From contig JAOATY010000035.1 of assembly GCA_030157865.1 (NCBI GenBank), positions 13,356-77,355 of the forward strand: a stretch of DNA of 64,000 nucleotides, given 5' to 3'. The notes beneath the pieces were generated by a model. The model was not told where the DNA came from and did no database searches. It saw only the letters and a program-made list of their open reading frames with translations. This DNA is from Candidatus Nanopelagicales bacterium (GTDB taxonomy: Bacteria > Actinomycetota > Actinomycetes > S36-B12 > UBA5976). The translations under genes were made by a program, and so were the position numbers. Shown in pieces: positions 15,334 to 25,103 of the stretch; position 1 is the stretch's first letter, and each line of letters opens with the position of its first letter.

Positions 15334-16107
15334 CTAGGAGAAATCTGCCTTACCTGGGCCATTTTCAACGAAGGACTTCATACCGACCTTTTGATCATTG
15401 GTATCAAACTGACCGGCAAACAAACCTTGCTCCATGACCAAGCCGTTAGCAAGCAGCTGTTCGCCACCCTTATCGATGGCTCGCTTTGCAGCCTTCATCG
15501 CAGTTACTGGGCCGGTTGCATATAGGTTTGCCAATTCCATGGCGCGCTTAAGCACGTCGCTTGAATCAACAACTTCATTAACTAAGCCGAGCGTCAGTGC
15601 TTCATCCGCATTTACCCGACGGCCAGTGAAAATTAAGTCTTTGGCTCGTGATGGGCCAATAAGTCGAGCCAGGCGCTGGGTGCCACCGCCGCCAGGAATA
15701 ATTCCAAGCAAAATTTCTGGTTGACCCATTACTGCGTTTGAAGCAGCAATTCGGAAGTCACAACTTAGTGCCAATTCCAAACCGCCACCGAGTGCATAGC
15801 CTGTGATGGCAGCAATCGTTGGAACCGGAATATCACCAACTGCATTAAAGCAAGCTTGCAGACCTGGAGTTTCACGTCTGGCGATTTCGCCATCCCAATC
15901 AATCATTTCTTTAATGTCCGCGCCGGCTGCGAATGTTCGCTCACCACCATAGATAACTACGGCACGCACTTCGTCTGAACTTGAAACTTCTAGTGCAACG
16001 GCTTTGATCTCTTCTTGCATGGCGCGATTAAGCACGTTCATTTTTGGACGATCTAAATGAATAACTGCAATACGCTCTTGGCGTTCAACTCTGATGAATT
16101 CCGACAC
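15334..16107 (-). CDS. enoyl-CoA hydratase/isomerase (crotonase) family protein
   Basis: FAAGADIKEM and the oxyanion-hole region GYALGGGLELALSCDFRIA. Confidence 0.85.
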   Translation of the reverse strand: MSEFIRVERQERIAVIHLDRPKMNVLNRAMQEEIKAVALEVSSSDEVRAVVIYGGERTFAAGADIKEMIDWDGEIARRETPGLQACFNAVGDIPVPTIAAITGYALGGGLELALSCDFRIAASNAVMGQPEILLGIIPGGGGTQRLARLIGPSRAKDLIFTGRRVNADEALTLGLVNEVVDSSDVLKRAMELANLYATGPVTAMKAAKRAIDKGGEQLLANGLVMEQGLFAGQFDTNDQKVGMKSFVENGPGKADFS

Positions 16108-16156
16108 GTTATTAGCCTATCTATCGATCGTGGGTCAACGAAACTTTTAAGTACAA

Positions 16157-17128
16157 TTAGAACAATGCATTAGTTAATGCGATTCTTGCTTTAACAACCG
16201 CTGGATCTGTTGGGCCAGCAATTTCGAAAAGCTCCAACACTCGCTCACGCGTTTGATCGCGCTCAGCACCTGTCACATTTTTCAAGTGCTCAATCAATAA
16301 TGCAAAGGCATCTGCAAACTCGCCCATCATGAATGTGGAATCAGCTGCACGTAAAACAGATTCAGTTTCCAGTGTCATGTTTTCAATATCGGATGCTAAA
16401 TCACGACCATCAGTGCGCTGCAAAAGATTTACATTAAGTAAACCGATTTTTGCAATGGCATCACCTGGAGTAACAGACAAGATTTCTTTGTAGGCATCAA
16501 TTGCTTTGACCCAGTCCCCTGATTCCAGTGCAGCTTCGGCTGCATCAAATCTTGGATCACTTGGGGGCTGCTTAACTTCATTTTCTTGGTTGGCATCTGC
16601 TGCTGCACTGGAGTCAGTTCCCACTCGCCCTGTGATTCCTGCCTTCTCGGCTTCCGCCAATACCGCTTCTAAAACTTGACGTACTTGAGACTCAGGCATT
16701 GCACCCTGGAACATTGGTGCAACTTGACCACCTATAACTACATAAACGGTCGGGATCGACTGCACTTGAAATGCTGCAGCTATTTGTTGCTCTGCGTCAA
16801 CATCGACTTTGGCAAGGATCCAACGTCCATCGTATTCAAGAGCTAGTTTTTCCAGAATCGGTGAAAGTTGTTTGCATGGTTCGCACCAGGTAGCCCACAA
16901 GTCGACAACAACAGGTACGGTCATCGATTGATTGATGACATCTGCCTCGAAACTTGCGGTTGTGACATCAATGATCAAGTTGCTTGCAACTGGATCGGCT
17001 GCACGTTGCGCCGCAGCCTGCGCAGCTTTGGCTTGAGCCTCACGCGCTGCTGCAACTGCGCCAAGATCAATGGCGCCTTGCAAGTTCATATTTGATTGAT
17101 TCACGCCTCTATTCTGGCGCATTCTCAA
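16157..17128 (-). CDS. thioredoxin-domain protein with C-terminal TPR-like region (YbbN/CnoX-like)
   Basis: WATWCEPCK CxxC thioredoxin motif followed by a helical repeat C-terminus. The start is uncertain (TTG 17128, ATG 17122 or ATG 17089). Confidence 0.7.
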   Translation of the reverse strand: MRMRQNRGVNQSNMNLQGAIDLGAVAAAREAQAKAAQAAAQRAADPVASNLIIDVTTASFEADVINQSMTVPVVVDLWATWCEPCKQLSPILEKLALEYDGRWILAKVDVDAEQQIAAAFQVQSIPTVYVVIGGQVAPMFQGAMPESQVRQVLEAVLAEAEKAGITGRVGTDSSAAADANQENEVKQPPSDPRFDAAEAALESGDWVKAIDAYKEILSVTPGDAIAKIGLLNVNLLQRTDGRDLASDIENMTLETESVLRAADSTFMMGEFADAFALLIEHLKNVTGAERDQTRERVLELFEIAGPTDPAVVKARIALTNALF

Positions 17129-17130
17129 AC

Positions 17131-18066
17131 CTAGGAGTTACTCAAGTCTCGCAAAATCTGTTCGACCGCTAATTCTGTTGAGATTTCACCACTTGCGACT
17201 CGTGCGCTGAGTGAATCAAAAGCGCTCGCATTTAGATTCAATTGATCCGCAACTGAATCTAAAACTGCACGACGAAGATTTAACTTGGCCCGTTCGACGG
17301 AACGTAAGGCGCGATCTCCAGAAGCCACAGCCCAGTCATGATGTTTGGATATTGCAGCAACTAAATCGGAAAGTCCCTGTCCGGTAGTGGCAGTGGTTGT
17401 CACAATTTCAGGGGTCCATGAGGCATTAGCTTGAGAGCCGAGACCGATCATCGAGCGAAGTTCGCGAACTACGCCTTCTGCCCCATCACGATCTGCTTTA
17501 TTAACTACATAGATGTCAGCAATTTCTAGAATTCCAGCCTTTGCTGCCTGGACTCCATCGCCTGCGCCCGGAGCTAGAACTAAGACAACAGTGTCAACAG
17601 CATTCACAACATCAACTTCGGACTGACCAACACCAACAGTTTCGACAATGATTACGTCAAAGCCAACTGCATCCAAAACTTTCGCAGCTGCTTGGGTGGC
17701 ACTAGAGAGTCCGCCAAGTTGTCCGCGCGATGACATTGAGCGAATAAATACGCCTTCATCTAAGGCATGCTCTTGCATTCGGATTCGATCACCAAGCAAT
17801 GCGCCACCGGTTACCGGCGAAGATGGATCAACTGCGAGTACTGCAACGCGCAATCCTTGCTTTCGATATTCAGAAATCAAAGCGCCAGTTGTTGTCGACT
17901 TACCAACTCCAGGTGGACCAGTTACTCCGATAAGTAGCGCGTTACCTGAATTTGGCAGACCAGCGAGCAATTCATTTAACTCCGGAGTGCCATCTTCAAT
18001 AACGCTCAATGCCTTACCCAAGGCGCGCACGTCTCCTGCGACGGCTGCTTCAAGTAAGGAGTGCAT
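17131..18066 (-). CDS. meaB: methylmalonyl-CoA mutase-associated G3E GTPase (MeaB/ArgK)
   Basis: P-loop GPPGVGKST, VETVGVGQSE and the NKADR specificity motif. Confidence 0.85.
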   Translation of the reverse strand: MHSLLEAAVAGDVRALGKALSVIEDGTPELNELLAGLPNSGNALLIGVTGPPGVGKSTTTGALISEYRKQGLRVAVLAVDPSSPVTGGALLGDRIRMQEHALDEGVFIRSMSSRGQLGGLSSATQAAAKVLDAVGFDVIIVETVGVGQSEVDVVNAVDTVVLVLAPGAGDGVQAAKAGILEIADIYVVNKADRDGAEGVVRELRSMIGLGSQANASWTPEIVTTTATTGQGLSDLVAAISKHHDWAVASGDRALRSVERAKLNLRRAVLDSVADQLNLNASAFDSLSARVASGEISTELAVEQILRDLSNS

Positions 18067-18077
18067 AAGAAATCTGC

Positions 18078-19253
18078 TTACGGAACCCGAATAATTAGTG
18101 CGTCACCTTGACCGCCACCGCCGCAAAGTGCTGCAGCGCCAGTTCCACCACCACGTCGCTTCAATTCGTTTGCAAGATGCAAAACGATACGCGCACCTGA
18201 CATTCCAATTGGGTGACCAAGTGCGATCGCGCCGCCATTTACGTTGACCTTGGAATCATCGATTCCAAGTTGGTCCATGCTTACCAGTGCTACTGATGCG
18301 AAAGCTTCGTTCATTTCATAAAGATCTAATCCAGCTGGATCTAATCCAGCCTTCTCAGCGGCTTTCTTGATGGCACGCGCTGGCTGAGCAACAAGTGATG
18401 CATCTGGTCCGGCCACCATTCCATGGGAAAGGATTTCAGCAAGCACTGTGACGCCAAGTTCAGCAGCCTTCTTTTCGCTCATCACGATTACCGCTGCAGC
18501 GCCATCACTGATCTGCGAAGAAGAGCCGGCAGTGATTGTTCCGTTTGGATCAAAAGCTGGGCGCAACTTTCCAAGAGTCTCTGCCGTAGTTTCAGTGCGA
18601 ACACCTTCATCCGTTGCAAACAGAATCGGATCACCCTTGCGCTGTGGAATTGCGACAGGAACGATTTCGTCAGCAAATAGTCCTGCTGCGTGAGCAGCTG
18701 CAGCTCTTTGATGTGACTTGGCCGAAAACTCATCCTGACGTTCACGAGAAATCTTTTCAGCGGCCGTGTATTTATCAGTTGCTTCACCCATGCCAAGTTG
18801 ATCGATTGCACAGTAAAGGCCATCGAATGCCATGGTGTCTTTAAGTGTCCAGTCGCCGTACTTCATTCCTTCGCGACTTCCAACAAGTACGTGTGGAGCA
18901 TTTGTCATGCTTTCCATGCCGCCGGCAATAACTACATCTGCTTCACCTGAACGAATCAGTTGATCTGCCATTGCGATTGCATTAATGCCTGACAAGCAAA
19001 CTTTGTTAACGCTGATTGCTGGCACTTCTAATCCAATGCCTGCTTTAATCGCGGCTTGGCGAGCTGGCATCTGTCCAGCGCCGGCCTGCAAAACATGGCC
19101 CATGATTACGTAATCAACATCAGATGCTGAAACGCCTGATTTTTCTAAAGCTCCACGGATAGCTGTAGCACCAAGTTCAACTGCGGATATATCTTTTAAA
19201 GAGCCAAGCAATCGACCGATTCCAGTACGAGCTCCACCAACAATGACGGACAT
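18078..19253 (-). CDS. acetyl-CoA C-acetyltransferase (thiolase II)
   Basis: Active-site [16 protein letters not shown], and the C-terminal [11 protein letters not shown] ... CGGGGQG. Confidence 0.92.
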   Translation of the reverse strand: MSVIVGGARTGIGRLLGSLKDISAVELGATAIRGALEKSGVSASDVDYVIMGHVLQAGAGQMPARQAAIKAGIGLEVPAISVNKVCLSGINAIAMADQLIRSGEADVVIAGGMESMTNAPHVLVGSREGMKYGDWTLKDTMAFDGLYCAIDQLGMGEATDKYTAAEKISRERQDEFSAKSHQRAAAAHAAGLFADEIVPVAIPQRKGDPILFATDEGVRTETTAETLGKLRPAFDPNGTITAGSSSQISDGAAAVIVMSEKKAAELGVTVLAEILSHGMVAGPDASLVAQPARAIKKAAEKAGLDPAGLDLYEMNEAFASVALVSMDQLGIDDSKVNVNGGAIALGHPIGMSGARIVLHLANELKRRGGGTGAAALCGGGGQGDALIIRVP

Positions 19254-19327
19254 TAAAGGCCTTTCAGATCAGGAAAAGTAAGAAAAATTGCGCACAATGT
19301 GCAAAATCCCTTACTGTCACCTTAGCG

Positions 19328-19816
19328 ATGTTCCTGCCTACATCAGGAATCCGCCCAATGATTGCGAGGATTCCAATGGTCAACTTAAGCGCCGCACTAG
19401 GTGGAACGCTGTTGGGTATCGATCACGTTGGGCTTGCAGTTCGCGATCTCGATGAGGCTATCGCCCGCTGGTCCAAGACATTCGGACTCGAAGTTTCACA
19501 CCGTGAAATCAATGAATCACAAGGCATCGAAGAAGCCATGTTGGATTTGGCTGATGGTACTCGCCTGCAGTTACTAGCTCCACTAAACGCTGATTCAACT
19601 ATCGCTAAGTTTCTTGAGCGCAGTGGTGAAGGTATGCAGCAGCTTGCATTTCGAGTAACCAATATCGACGAGGCTATGGCAAATGTGCTAGCCGCTGGGA
19701 TGCGATTGATCTATCCCGAATCACGCATTGGCACAGCCGGTTCTTCAATTAACTTTGTACATCCAAAAGATGCTGGCGGAGTTTTGGTTGAACTTGTTCA
19801 ACCCGCAGATCACTAG
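19328..19816 (+). CDS. mce: methylmalonyl-CoA epimerase (VOC/glyoxalase fold)
   Basis: IDHVGLAV.DLD.A, QLLAP and FVHPKDAGGVLVELVQ. The true start may be the ATG at 19376 (MVNLS...). Confidence 0.8.
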   Translation: MFLPTSGIRPMIARIPMVNLSAALGGTLLGIDHVGLAVRDLDEAIARWSKTFGLEVSHREINESQGIEEAMLDLADGTRLQLLAPLNADSTIAKFLERSGEGMQQLAFRVTNIDEAMANVLAAGMRLIYPESRIGTAGSSINFVHPKDAGGVLVELVQPADH

Positions 19817-19825
19817 AACGAAGAG

Positions 19826-20578
19826 TTATTCCGACTTGTTCAACAAGTCGTTCCATCTGGTCATCTCGCCATCCCAGGTCCAATCAAGTTCTGGCATATC
19901 TGGTCGGATTCTCTGCAACGCTTGATTCCAAGCAATCCGCACGAACTTCTCGCCTACCCAAAGGTGTCTACATTCGGGAATTGCAACAACTTCACACTGG
20001 GGAACTACAGAAAACTTTTCTTTAGCTTCAGGTGGCTTCAAGTAATCATCAAGTTCTGGAACTAACGCAGTTAGCGGTCGTCGAGACTCTGCCCATGATT
20101 TCAAATGACCTTCATTACTCCACATCAGTGGCGGGCTAAATAGAACTGCGCCCTTTACTGGATCAACATTGCCGTGCATCAATGTGACGTCGGTTCCAAA
20201 GGACCAACCGACCAACCAAATATTTTCAAGTCCACGATCTTGCGCAAACTTGAGGGCAGCTTTTAAGTCCAAGCCCTCTGAAACGCCTTGGTCGTATTCA
20301 CCTTCACTAGTTCCAGCGGCACTGGTTGTTCCTCGGGTGTTCCAACGCAAGATTGCAACATCAGCTAATGCCGGCAGGCGCCAGGCTGCTTTCTTGAAAA
20401 GATGGCTGTCCATCATTCCGCCACCAGTTGGATTTGGGTGGAGTAACAAAATTGTGGCTTTAGGTTTTTCTGAAATTGGCAGCGCCAACTCTCCCACTAA
20501 CCGCAGATTGTCTTCGGTAACTAAAGTTATGGATTCTCGCGTTGCAGGTAGCACGCTGTTAGACACTATTTCGGCCAT
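19826..20578 (-). CDS. alpha/beta hydrolase fold protein
   Basis: Nucleophile elbow GWSFG. I trimmed the start to the ATG at 20578, which forms a TGATG overlap with the upstream small ORF. Confidence 0.65.
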   Translation of the reverse strand: MAEIVSNSVLPATRESITLVTEDNLRLVGELALPISEKPKATILLLHPNPTGGGMMDSHLFKKAAWRLPALADVAILRWNTRGTTSAAGTSEGEYDQGVSEGLDLKAALKFAQDRGLENIWLVGWSFGTDVTLMHGNVDPVKGAVLFSPPLMWSNEGHLKSWAESRRPLTALVPELDDYLKPPEAKEKFSVVPQCEVVAIPECRHLWVGEKFVRIAWNQALQRIRPDMPELDWTWDGEMTRWNDLLNKSE

Positions 20579-20850
20579 CAGTATTTCCTCGGTGTCCTTC
20601 GTTTCCAACAGGCAGTGTGCCAATGACGTCGCTCGTCTGCCGAGTAATCAGTACTCCAAGCAACAATGTGGGCTGTCCCTGGATGGATGTCGCCTTGGCA
20701 ACCTGGGCATCGGTAAACCTTTACGGAAGTCTCACCAGTTAGTGAAATCACTTGCCAATCGCCATCGGCGTGCTTTTCAGTGCGACCAAAACTGCCAAGT
20801 TTGAGCTCAGGTGGCTCTTGATTTGGCTCTCTTCGGTTTCGACGCCCCAT
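20578..20850 (-). CDS. small zinc-ribbon-like protein (conserved hypothetical)
   Basis: 90 aa with a basic N-terminus, then CPGC...H...H.TAC putative metal ligands. It is translationally coupled to the downstream hydrolase. Confidence 0.5.
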   Translation of the reverse strand: MGRRNRREPNQEPPELKLGSFGRTEKHADGDWQVISLTGETSVKVYRCPGCQGDIHPGTAHIVAWSTDYSADERRHWHTACWKRRTPRKY

Positions 20851-20880
20851 GCTGTAATTCTAGATTGAATTCTGAATTAC

Positions 20881-22002
20881 CTAGAGCGGCAATGGTTGGT
20901 ATGCGGATACACCGGATCGCTCTGCTAACTCGGCTTGCGCGGCGCGAACATTTTCAAGGCCAATGCTTTCGATGACTTCGAATGGGCCCTTTGGCAGACC
21001 GCACCCTAATTTCATGCCGAAATCGATATCGGCTTTTGTTGCGTAGCCAGTAGCTTCCATGGCAATGCAGTCGCCAAGGTAGGCAATCAATAAATCATTG
21101 TGAACTTGGTTTTTAACTTCATCATTTGAATCTGTTGGGACATCTAGTTTTTCAGAATAGTCATAGAAGCCTGAGCCAGATTTGCGACCCTTGTTTCCTG
21201 CCGAAACTAGTTGGACCATTCCCACAGCCGGTTCGTCGATTTCTAGCCTTGTATCGGCGTGGATGGTTTTCAAAATTTCGACACAGGTGTCAATGCCAAT
21301 TAGATCTAGTAGTTCGCAAGGTCCCATTGGATAGCCAGAAAGTTCGCGCATCGCTGCATCCATCTGTTCTTTTGTGGCTTGTCCTGAATCAAGGATTTGA
21401 ACTGCGTGATTTAAATAACGAAGCAAAAGTTTGTTAACGATAAATCCTGGCTGATCCGAAATCTGCGCCAGATGCTTGCCCAGCGAATTACCAAGGTCAA
21501 CAATCTGAGTCACTACAGCTGTGTCTGAGTGAGCGGTTGAAATAACTTCGACAAACTTTTGCACCGGTGCCGGATTAAAGAAATGCATACCGATGACTTT
21601 TTCTGGACGCTTAGTTGCATTGGCAATGTCCGTTACAGACAAACTTGATGTGTTTGTTGCAAGAATGCCTGTTGGCTTTACTGCTGAATCTAGTTTTGAA
21701 AAAATGTCTGTCTTAAGCGCAAGGATTTCTGGAGCCGCCTCAATCACCAAGTCGCTATTTGCTAGCAATCCGAAATCTTCCCCGAAAGAAACTCTTGCGG
21801 TAATCTCATTGCTTTGCTCTTGACTCAACTTGCCTTTGGCCATTGCTCGCGAAAGCGACTTTGCCAAATTAGCTTTGCCAGCTTCAACTGCTGGAGCAGA
21901 TTCTGCGACTCCAACAACTTGGTATCCAGCGCGGGCAAAGACTTCAACAATGCCTGCACCCATAATTCCAAGACCAACAACACCAATTTGCGAAAAACTC
22001 AT
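20881..22002 (-). CDS. 3-hydroxyacyl-CoA / 3-hydroxybutyryl-CoA dehydrogenase with duplicated C-terminal domain
   Basis: Rossmann motif IGVVGLGIMGAGI, HFFNPAP, and an extra ~90 aa C-terminal 3HCDH_C-like repeat. I trimmed the start to the ATG at 22002. Confidence 0.85.
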   Translation of the reverse strand: MSFSQIGVVGLGIMGAGIVEVFARAGYQVVGVAESAPAVEAGKANLAKSLSRAMAKGKLSQEQSNEITARVSFGEDFGLLANSDLVIEAAPEILALKTDIFSKLDSAVKPTGILATNTSSLSVTDIANATKRPEKVIGMHFFNPAPVQKFVEVISTAHSDTAVVTQIVDLGNSLGKHLAQISDQPGFIVNKLLLRYLNHAVQILDSGQATKEQMDAAMRELSGYPMGPCELLDLIGIDTCVEILKTIHADTRLEIDEPAVGMVQLVSAGNKGRKSGSGFYDYSEKLDVPTDSNDEVKNQVHNDLLIAYLGDCIAMEATGYATKADIDFGMKLGCGLPKGPFEVIESIGLENVRAAQAELAERSGVSAYQPLPL

Positions 22003-22089
22003 ATCGCTAGTCTGGCAGACCCCAGCAAATGCCACTAAATGGCCAGAGCTAACTGTGCAGATCCGAACAGATTGCGACAGACTTAAGGC

Positions 22090-22419
22090 GTGCCAGCCTG
22101 GAGCTCTTTTTCTTATTTCTTCGGTCCACTAGTTGCATTTGCCGGACTTGGAATCATGGTTTTGATTCTGCGTTGGGCATTTGCTCGCGGTGGATCGGTA
22201 GTTGAGCGCGCCGCCAAATCAGGAAATCCTGACGAATATGGAATGTTAGTTCCGATTGCCTCACCAAGTAATTACATCGAAGGCGAAGTCTTGAGAAGGT
22301 CTCTCGTTGATGCTGGATTGCGCGCGAGTCTGGCTCAAACTAACGATGGTCCAAGAATTATGGTCTGGCCTAAAGACGTAGACGCGGCAAAGCTAATTCT
22401 TAAGAAAGCTGCGGGCTAG
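22090..22419 (+). CDS. hypothetical membrane-anchored protein
   Basis: 109 aa with one N-terminal TM helix ([18 protein letters not shown]). It overlaps the murA 3' end convergently by 20 nt. No motif recognised. Confidence 0.4.
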   Translation: MPAWSSFSYFFGPLVAFAGLGIMVLILRWAFARGGSVVERAAKSGNPDEYGMLVPIASPSNYIEGEVLRRSLVDAGLRASLAQTNDGPRIMVWPKDVDAAKLILKKAAG

Positions 22420-23677
22420 TTTCACGAACTATGTTGGCGCCAAGTGCGCTTAGTTGTTTTTCAAAATCTACATAACCCCGGTCAATGTGTTCGATGGCAT
22501 GAACTGTTGTTTCACCTTCGGCGACAAGTCCGGCTAAAACTAATCCGGCACCAGCTCTGATGTCTGTTGCTTCAACTGGTGCACCAGATAATTGTGATCT
22601 ACCTCTGATCAATGCGTGATGGCCATCGGTTCGAACCTCAGCTCCAAGGCGAGACAATTCCTGAACAAATCTGAAGCGTGCTTCAAATAAGTTTTCGGTA
22701 ACCATTGCTGAACCTTCGGCAATTGAATTAAGTGCAATGAATTGGGGTTGAAGGTCAGTCGGAAAACCTGGATACGGAAGTGTTACAACATCAACCGCTG
22801 TGGGGCGCTTATGCATTTGCACTCGAAAGCCGTCGCTCGTTACTTCAACTTCAGCTCCAGCTGTAACAAGTTTTTCTAACGTAATTGAAAGATGCTCGCT
22901 GTTTGCATTTCGGACTGTGATATCTCCACCGGTGATAACGGCCGCAACCGCCCAAGTTCCTGCAACAATGCGATCTGCAACTGTGGTGTGCTCAACAGAA
23001 TGCAAACTTGAAACACCGGTAACCGTAAGTAGTGAAGTTCCTACCCCATCAATTTGTCCACCCATTGCAATCAACATGTTGCATATGTCGACAATCTCAG
23101 GCTCACGGGCAGCGTTATCGATAACTGTTACTCCGTTTGCAGTCACTGCAGCCATCAACAATGTTTCAGTTGCGCCCACGCTTGGAAAATCTAAATAGAC
23201 ATGAGTTCCCACCAGGCCACCATCAGGCGCGTGAACTACGAGATACCCATGTTCATTTGCAACTGTGGCGCCCATGCGCTCAAGCCCTGCAGTGTGCATA
23301 TCAAGTCCACGTGAACCAATTGCATCGCCGCCAGGCAAAGCAACATCTGCTGCACCTGTTCTTGCTACTAACGGGCCAAGCACCGCGATGGACGCGCGCA
23401 TCCGTCGAACTAAGTCATAGTCCGCACGATGTTCGATCGTTTCTGGTACATCAATTTCCACAGTCTCGGTTGCAGCGCTGTAGGTAACTGTGCAGCCAAG
23501 TCTGCGAAGTAGTTCAGCCATGATGGTTACGTCAAGGATGTTTGGAACGGCATGAATGATTGTTTTTCCCGGAGCAAGCAATGCAACTGCCATTAGTTTC
23601 AAGCTGCTGTTTTTGGCGCCAGTTATCTGCACCTCGCCAACCAGGCGGGCGCCTCCTTGAATCCGAAAAACATCCAC
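22400..23677 (-). CDS. murA: UDP-N-acetylglucosamine 1-carboxyvinyltransferase
   Basis: 425 aa with N-terminus F.I.GG..L.G.V.I.GAKNS.L and EPSP-synthase-fold repeats. Confidence 0.95.
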   Translation of the reverse strand: MDVFRIQGGARLVGEVQITGAKNSSLKLMAVALLAPGKTIIHAVPNILDVTIMAELLRRLGCTVTYSAATETVEIDVPETIEHRADYDLVRRMRASIAVLGPLVARTGAADVALPGGDAIGSRGLDMHTAGLERMGATVANEHGYLVVHAPDGGLVGTHVYLDFPSVGATETLLMAAVTANGVTVIDNAAREPEIVDICNMLIAMGGQIDGVGTSLLTVTGVSSLHSVEHTTVADRIVAGTWAVAAVITGGDITVRNANSEHLSITLEKLVTAGAEVEVTSDGFRVQMHKRPTAVDVVTLPYPGFPTDLQPQFIALNSIAEGSAMVTENLFEARFRFVQELSRLGAEVRTDGHHALIRGRSQLSGAPVEATDIRAGAGLVLAGLVAEGETTVHAIEHIDRGYVDFEKQLSALGANIVRETSPQLS

Positions 23678-23762
23678 GATTAAGCAGAATAACGTGCTTT
23701 TGCTGATTTAATTTCTAACTCAAGAAAAGGCAGATAAACCCAATGCGCCCTAGGCTAAGGGC

Positions 23763-24335
23763 ATGGTCAATTTAACAAAGATTTATACCCGCACCGGCGA
23801 CGATGGCACTACCAATCTCGGCGACATGAGCCGAACTGGCAAGAACGATCCACGCCTTAAGGCATACGCCGATGTGGATGAAGCCAATAGCTCGATCGGT
23901 CTAGCCGTTGCAGCCGGCGAACTACGCACCGACATTGTCGAGCTACTGACCATGATTCAAAATGAATTGTTTGACGTCGGCGCAGATCTTTGCACTCCAG
24001 TAATCGACAATCCAGAACATGCACCGCTTCGCGTTTTGCCTGAATACATCGAGCGCCTGGAAGCAGCCTGCGATAAGTACAACGATGAATTAGAAGCCCT
24101 TCGATCCTTCATTTTGCCTGGAGGAACGGTTGGCGCAGCTCACCTACATGTTGCTCGCACAGTTACTCGTCGTGCTGAGCGCAGCACCTGGGCAGCGATT
24201 GACATGTATCACGGTGGCATGAATGTACTTGCTGCAAACTATTTGAATCGTCTTTCAGATTTACTGTTTATTCTTTCCCGCGTTGCCAACAAAGATGTCG
24301 GCGATGTGCTGTGGAAGCCAGGCAGTACTCGATAG
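23763..24335 (+). CDS. ATP:cob(I)alamin adenosyltransferase, PduO type
   Basis: Hallmark N-terminus KIYTRTGDDGTT plus FILPGG and R.V.RRAER. 190 aa. Confidence 0.9.
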   Translation: MVNLTKIYTRTGDDGTTNLGDMSRTGKNDPRLKAYADVDEANSSIGLAVAAGELRTDIVELLTMIQNELFDVGADLCTPVIDNPEHAPLRVLPEYIERLEAACDKYNDELEALRSFILPGGTVGAAHLHVARTVTRRAERSTWAAIDMYHGGMNVLAANYLNRLSDLLFILSRVANKDVGDVLWKPGSTR

Positions 24336-24345
24336 TTCAAGAATC

Positions 24346-24385
24346 AAAAAGAACGGCCCACCAATTATTGGTGGGCCGTTCTTTT
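24346..24385. terminator. bidirectional intrinsic terminator
   Basis: Perfect 14-bp stem GAACGGCCCACCAA (24351-24364) / TTGGTGGGCCGTTC (24368-24381) with a 3-nt loop. It is flanked by AAAAA and TTTT and lies between convergent genes. Confidence 0.8.
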
Positions 24386-24410
24386 ACCCGAGAGAAATGA
24401 TCAAGATTTC

Positions 24411-24968
24411 TTACTGAATTGAAGTAGAGCTCGATGCACTAGGAGTTGGAGTGGCTGTCATGCCACCCTTGCCGCGCATACCTGGTTGTGACCCATCGGC
24501 ACAAAGTCCGTCAGAGCCAACTTCAACATCAGCTCCAGTTGCATCGTGACAGTGTGGAGTGGTTGGAGGCAGATCTGTTCCACTTTGAGGTGCACCTGGC
24601 ATCATGCCCGGCTGACCTGGGCCTTGATGGAGACCTTTACCCTTATGGTCGCCATCCATTCCACGACCATGATCACCGTTCATGCCTTGACCATCTTGTC
24701 CCTGTCCACCTTGACCTGGTCCACCTTGTCCGGGTGCCATTTGCCCCATGGCTGCAGCCGGTTGGAAATCAGGACCGCTGTGATTGCCAATTGAGAAACC
24801 AATCAGTCCAGATAGAAGCGCGGCACTCGCCAACGCTGCACCAGGCATGATCCATTTTTTGCGCGAGGAAGTATTTGCTTGTGTAGTTGTTTCAGGTGCG
24901 AAGAATGAATCAGCCGCGTTGCTGTTTTCATTGGAATCTTCGGCTATCGGGGTATTGTCCTCAGTCAT
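24411..24968 (-). CDS. membrane-anchored Gly/Gln/Met/His-rich low-complexity protein (unknown function)
   Basis: 185 aa with an acidic N-terminus, one TM helix (WIMPGAALASAALLSGLIGFSIG), a GQGGPGQGGQGQDGQGMNGDHGRGMDGDHKGKGLH tract and two Cys. SD GAAAGG lies 7 nt upstream of the ATG. Confidence 0.55.
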   Translation of the reverse strand: MTEDNTPIAEDSNENSNAADSFFAPETTTQANTSSRKKWIMPGAALASAALLSGLIGFSIGNHSGPDFQPAAAMGQMAPGQGGPGQGGQGQDGQGMNGDHGRGMDGDHKGKGLHQGPGQPGMMPGAPQSGTDLPPTTPHCHDATGADVEVGSDGLCADGSQPGMRGKGGMTATPTPSASSSTSIQ

Positions 24969-25103
24969 GAGTTCAAACCTTTCAGTTGTGGGTAGTCCGT
25001 CCGACTATCCCGCTTAACAATCCCTAAGGTACGGATCCGATGTGAGCAGACCGATCGAGAAACATTTGGATTGTGTTAAGCCGAAAAACCAATAAGCTGG
25101 CCA

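Noticed and set aside
19292-19302. Small palindrome GCACA-A-TGTGC in the thiolase/epimerase divergent region.
   Set aside because: The arms are only 5 bp, which is within chance expectation for a 120-bp AT-rich promoter region.
23678-23762. Checked for a cobalamin riboswitch upstream of the PduO-type adenosyltransferase.
   Set aside because: The gap is only 85 nt. I see no B12-box-like element or multi-stem architecture, only a 5-bp hairpin.
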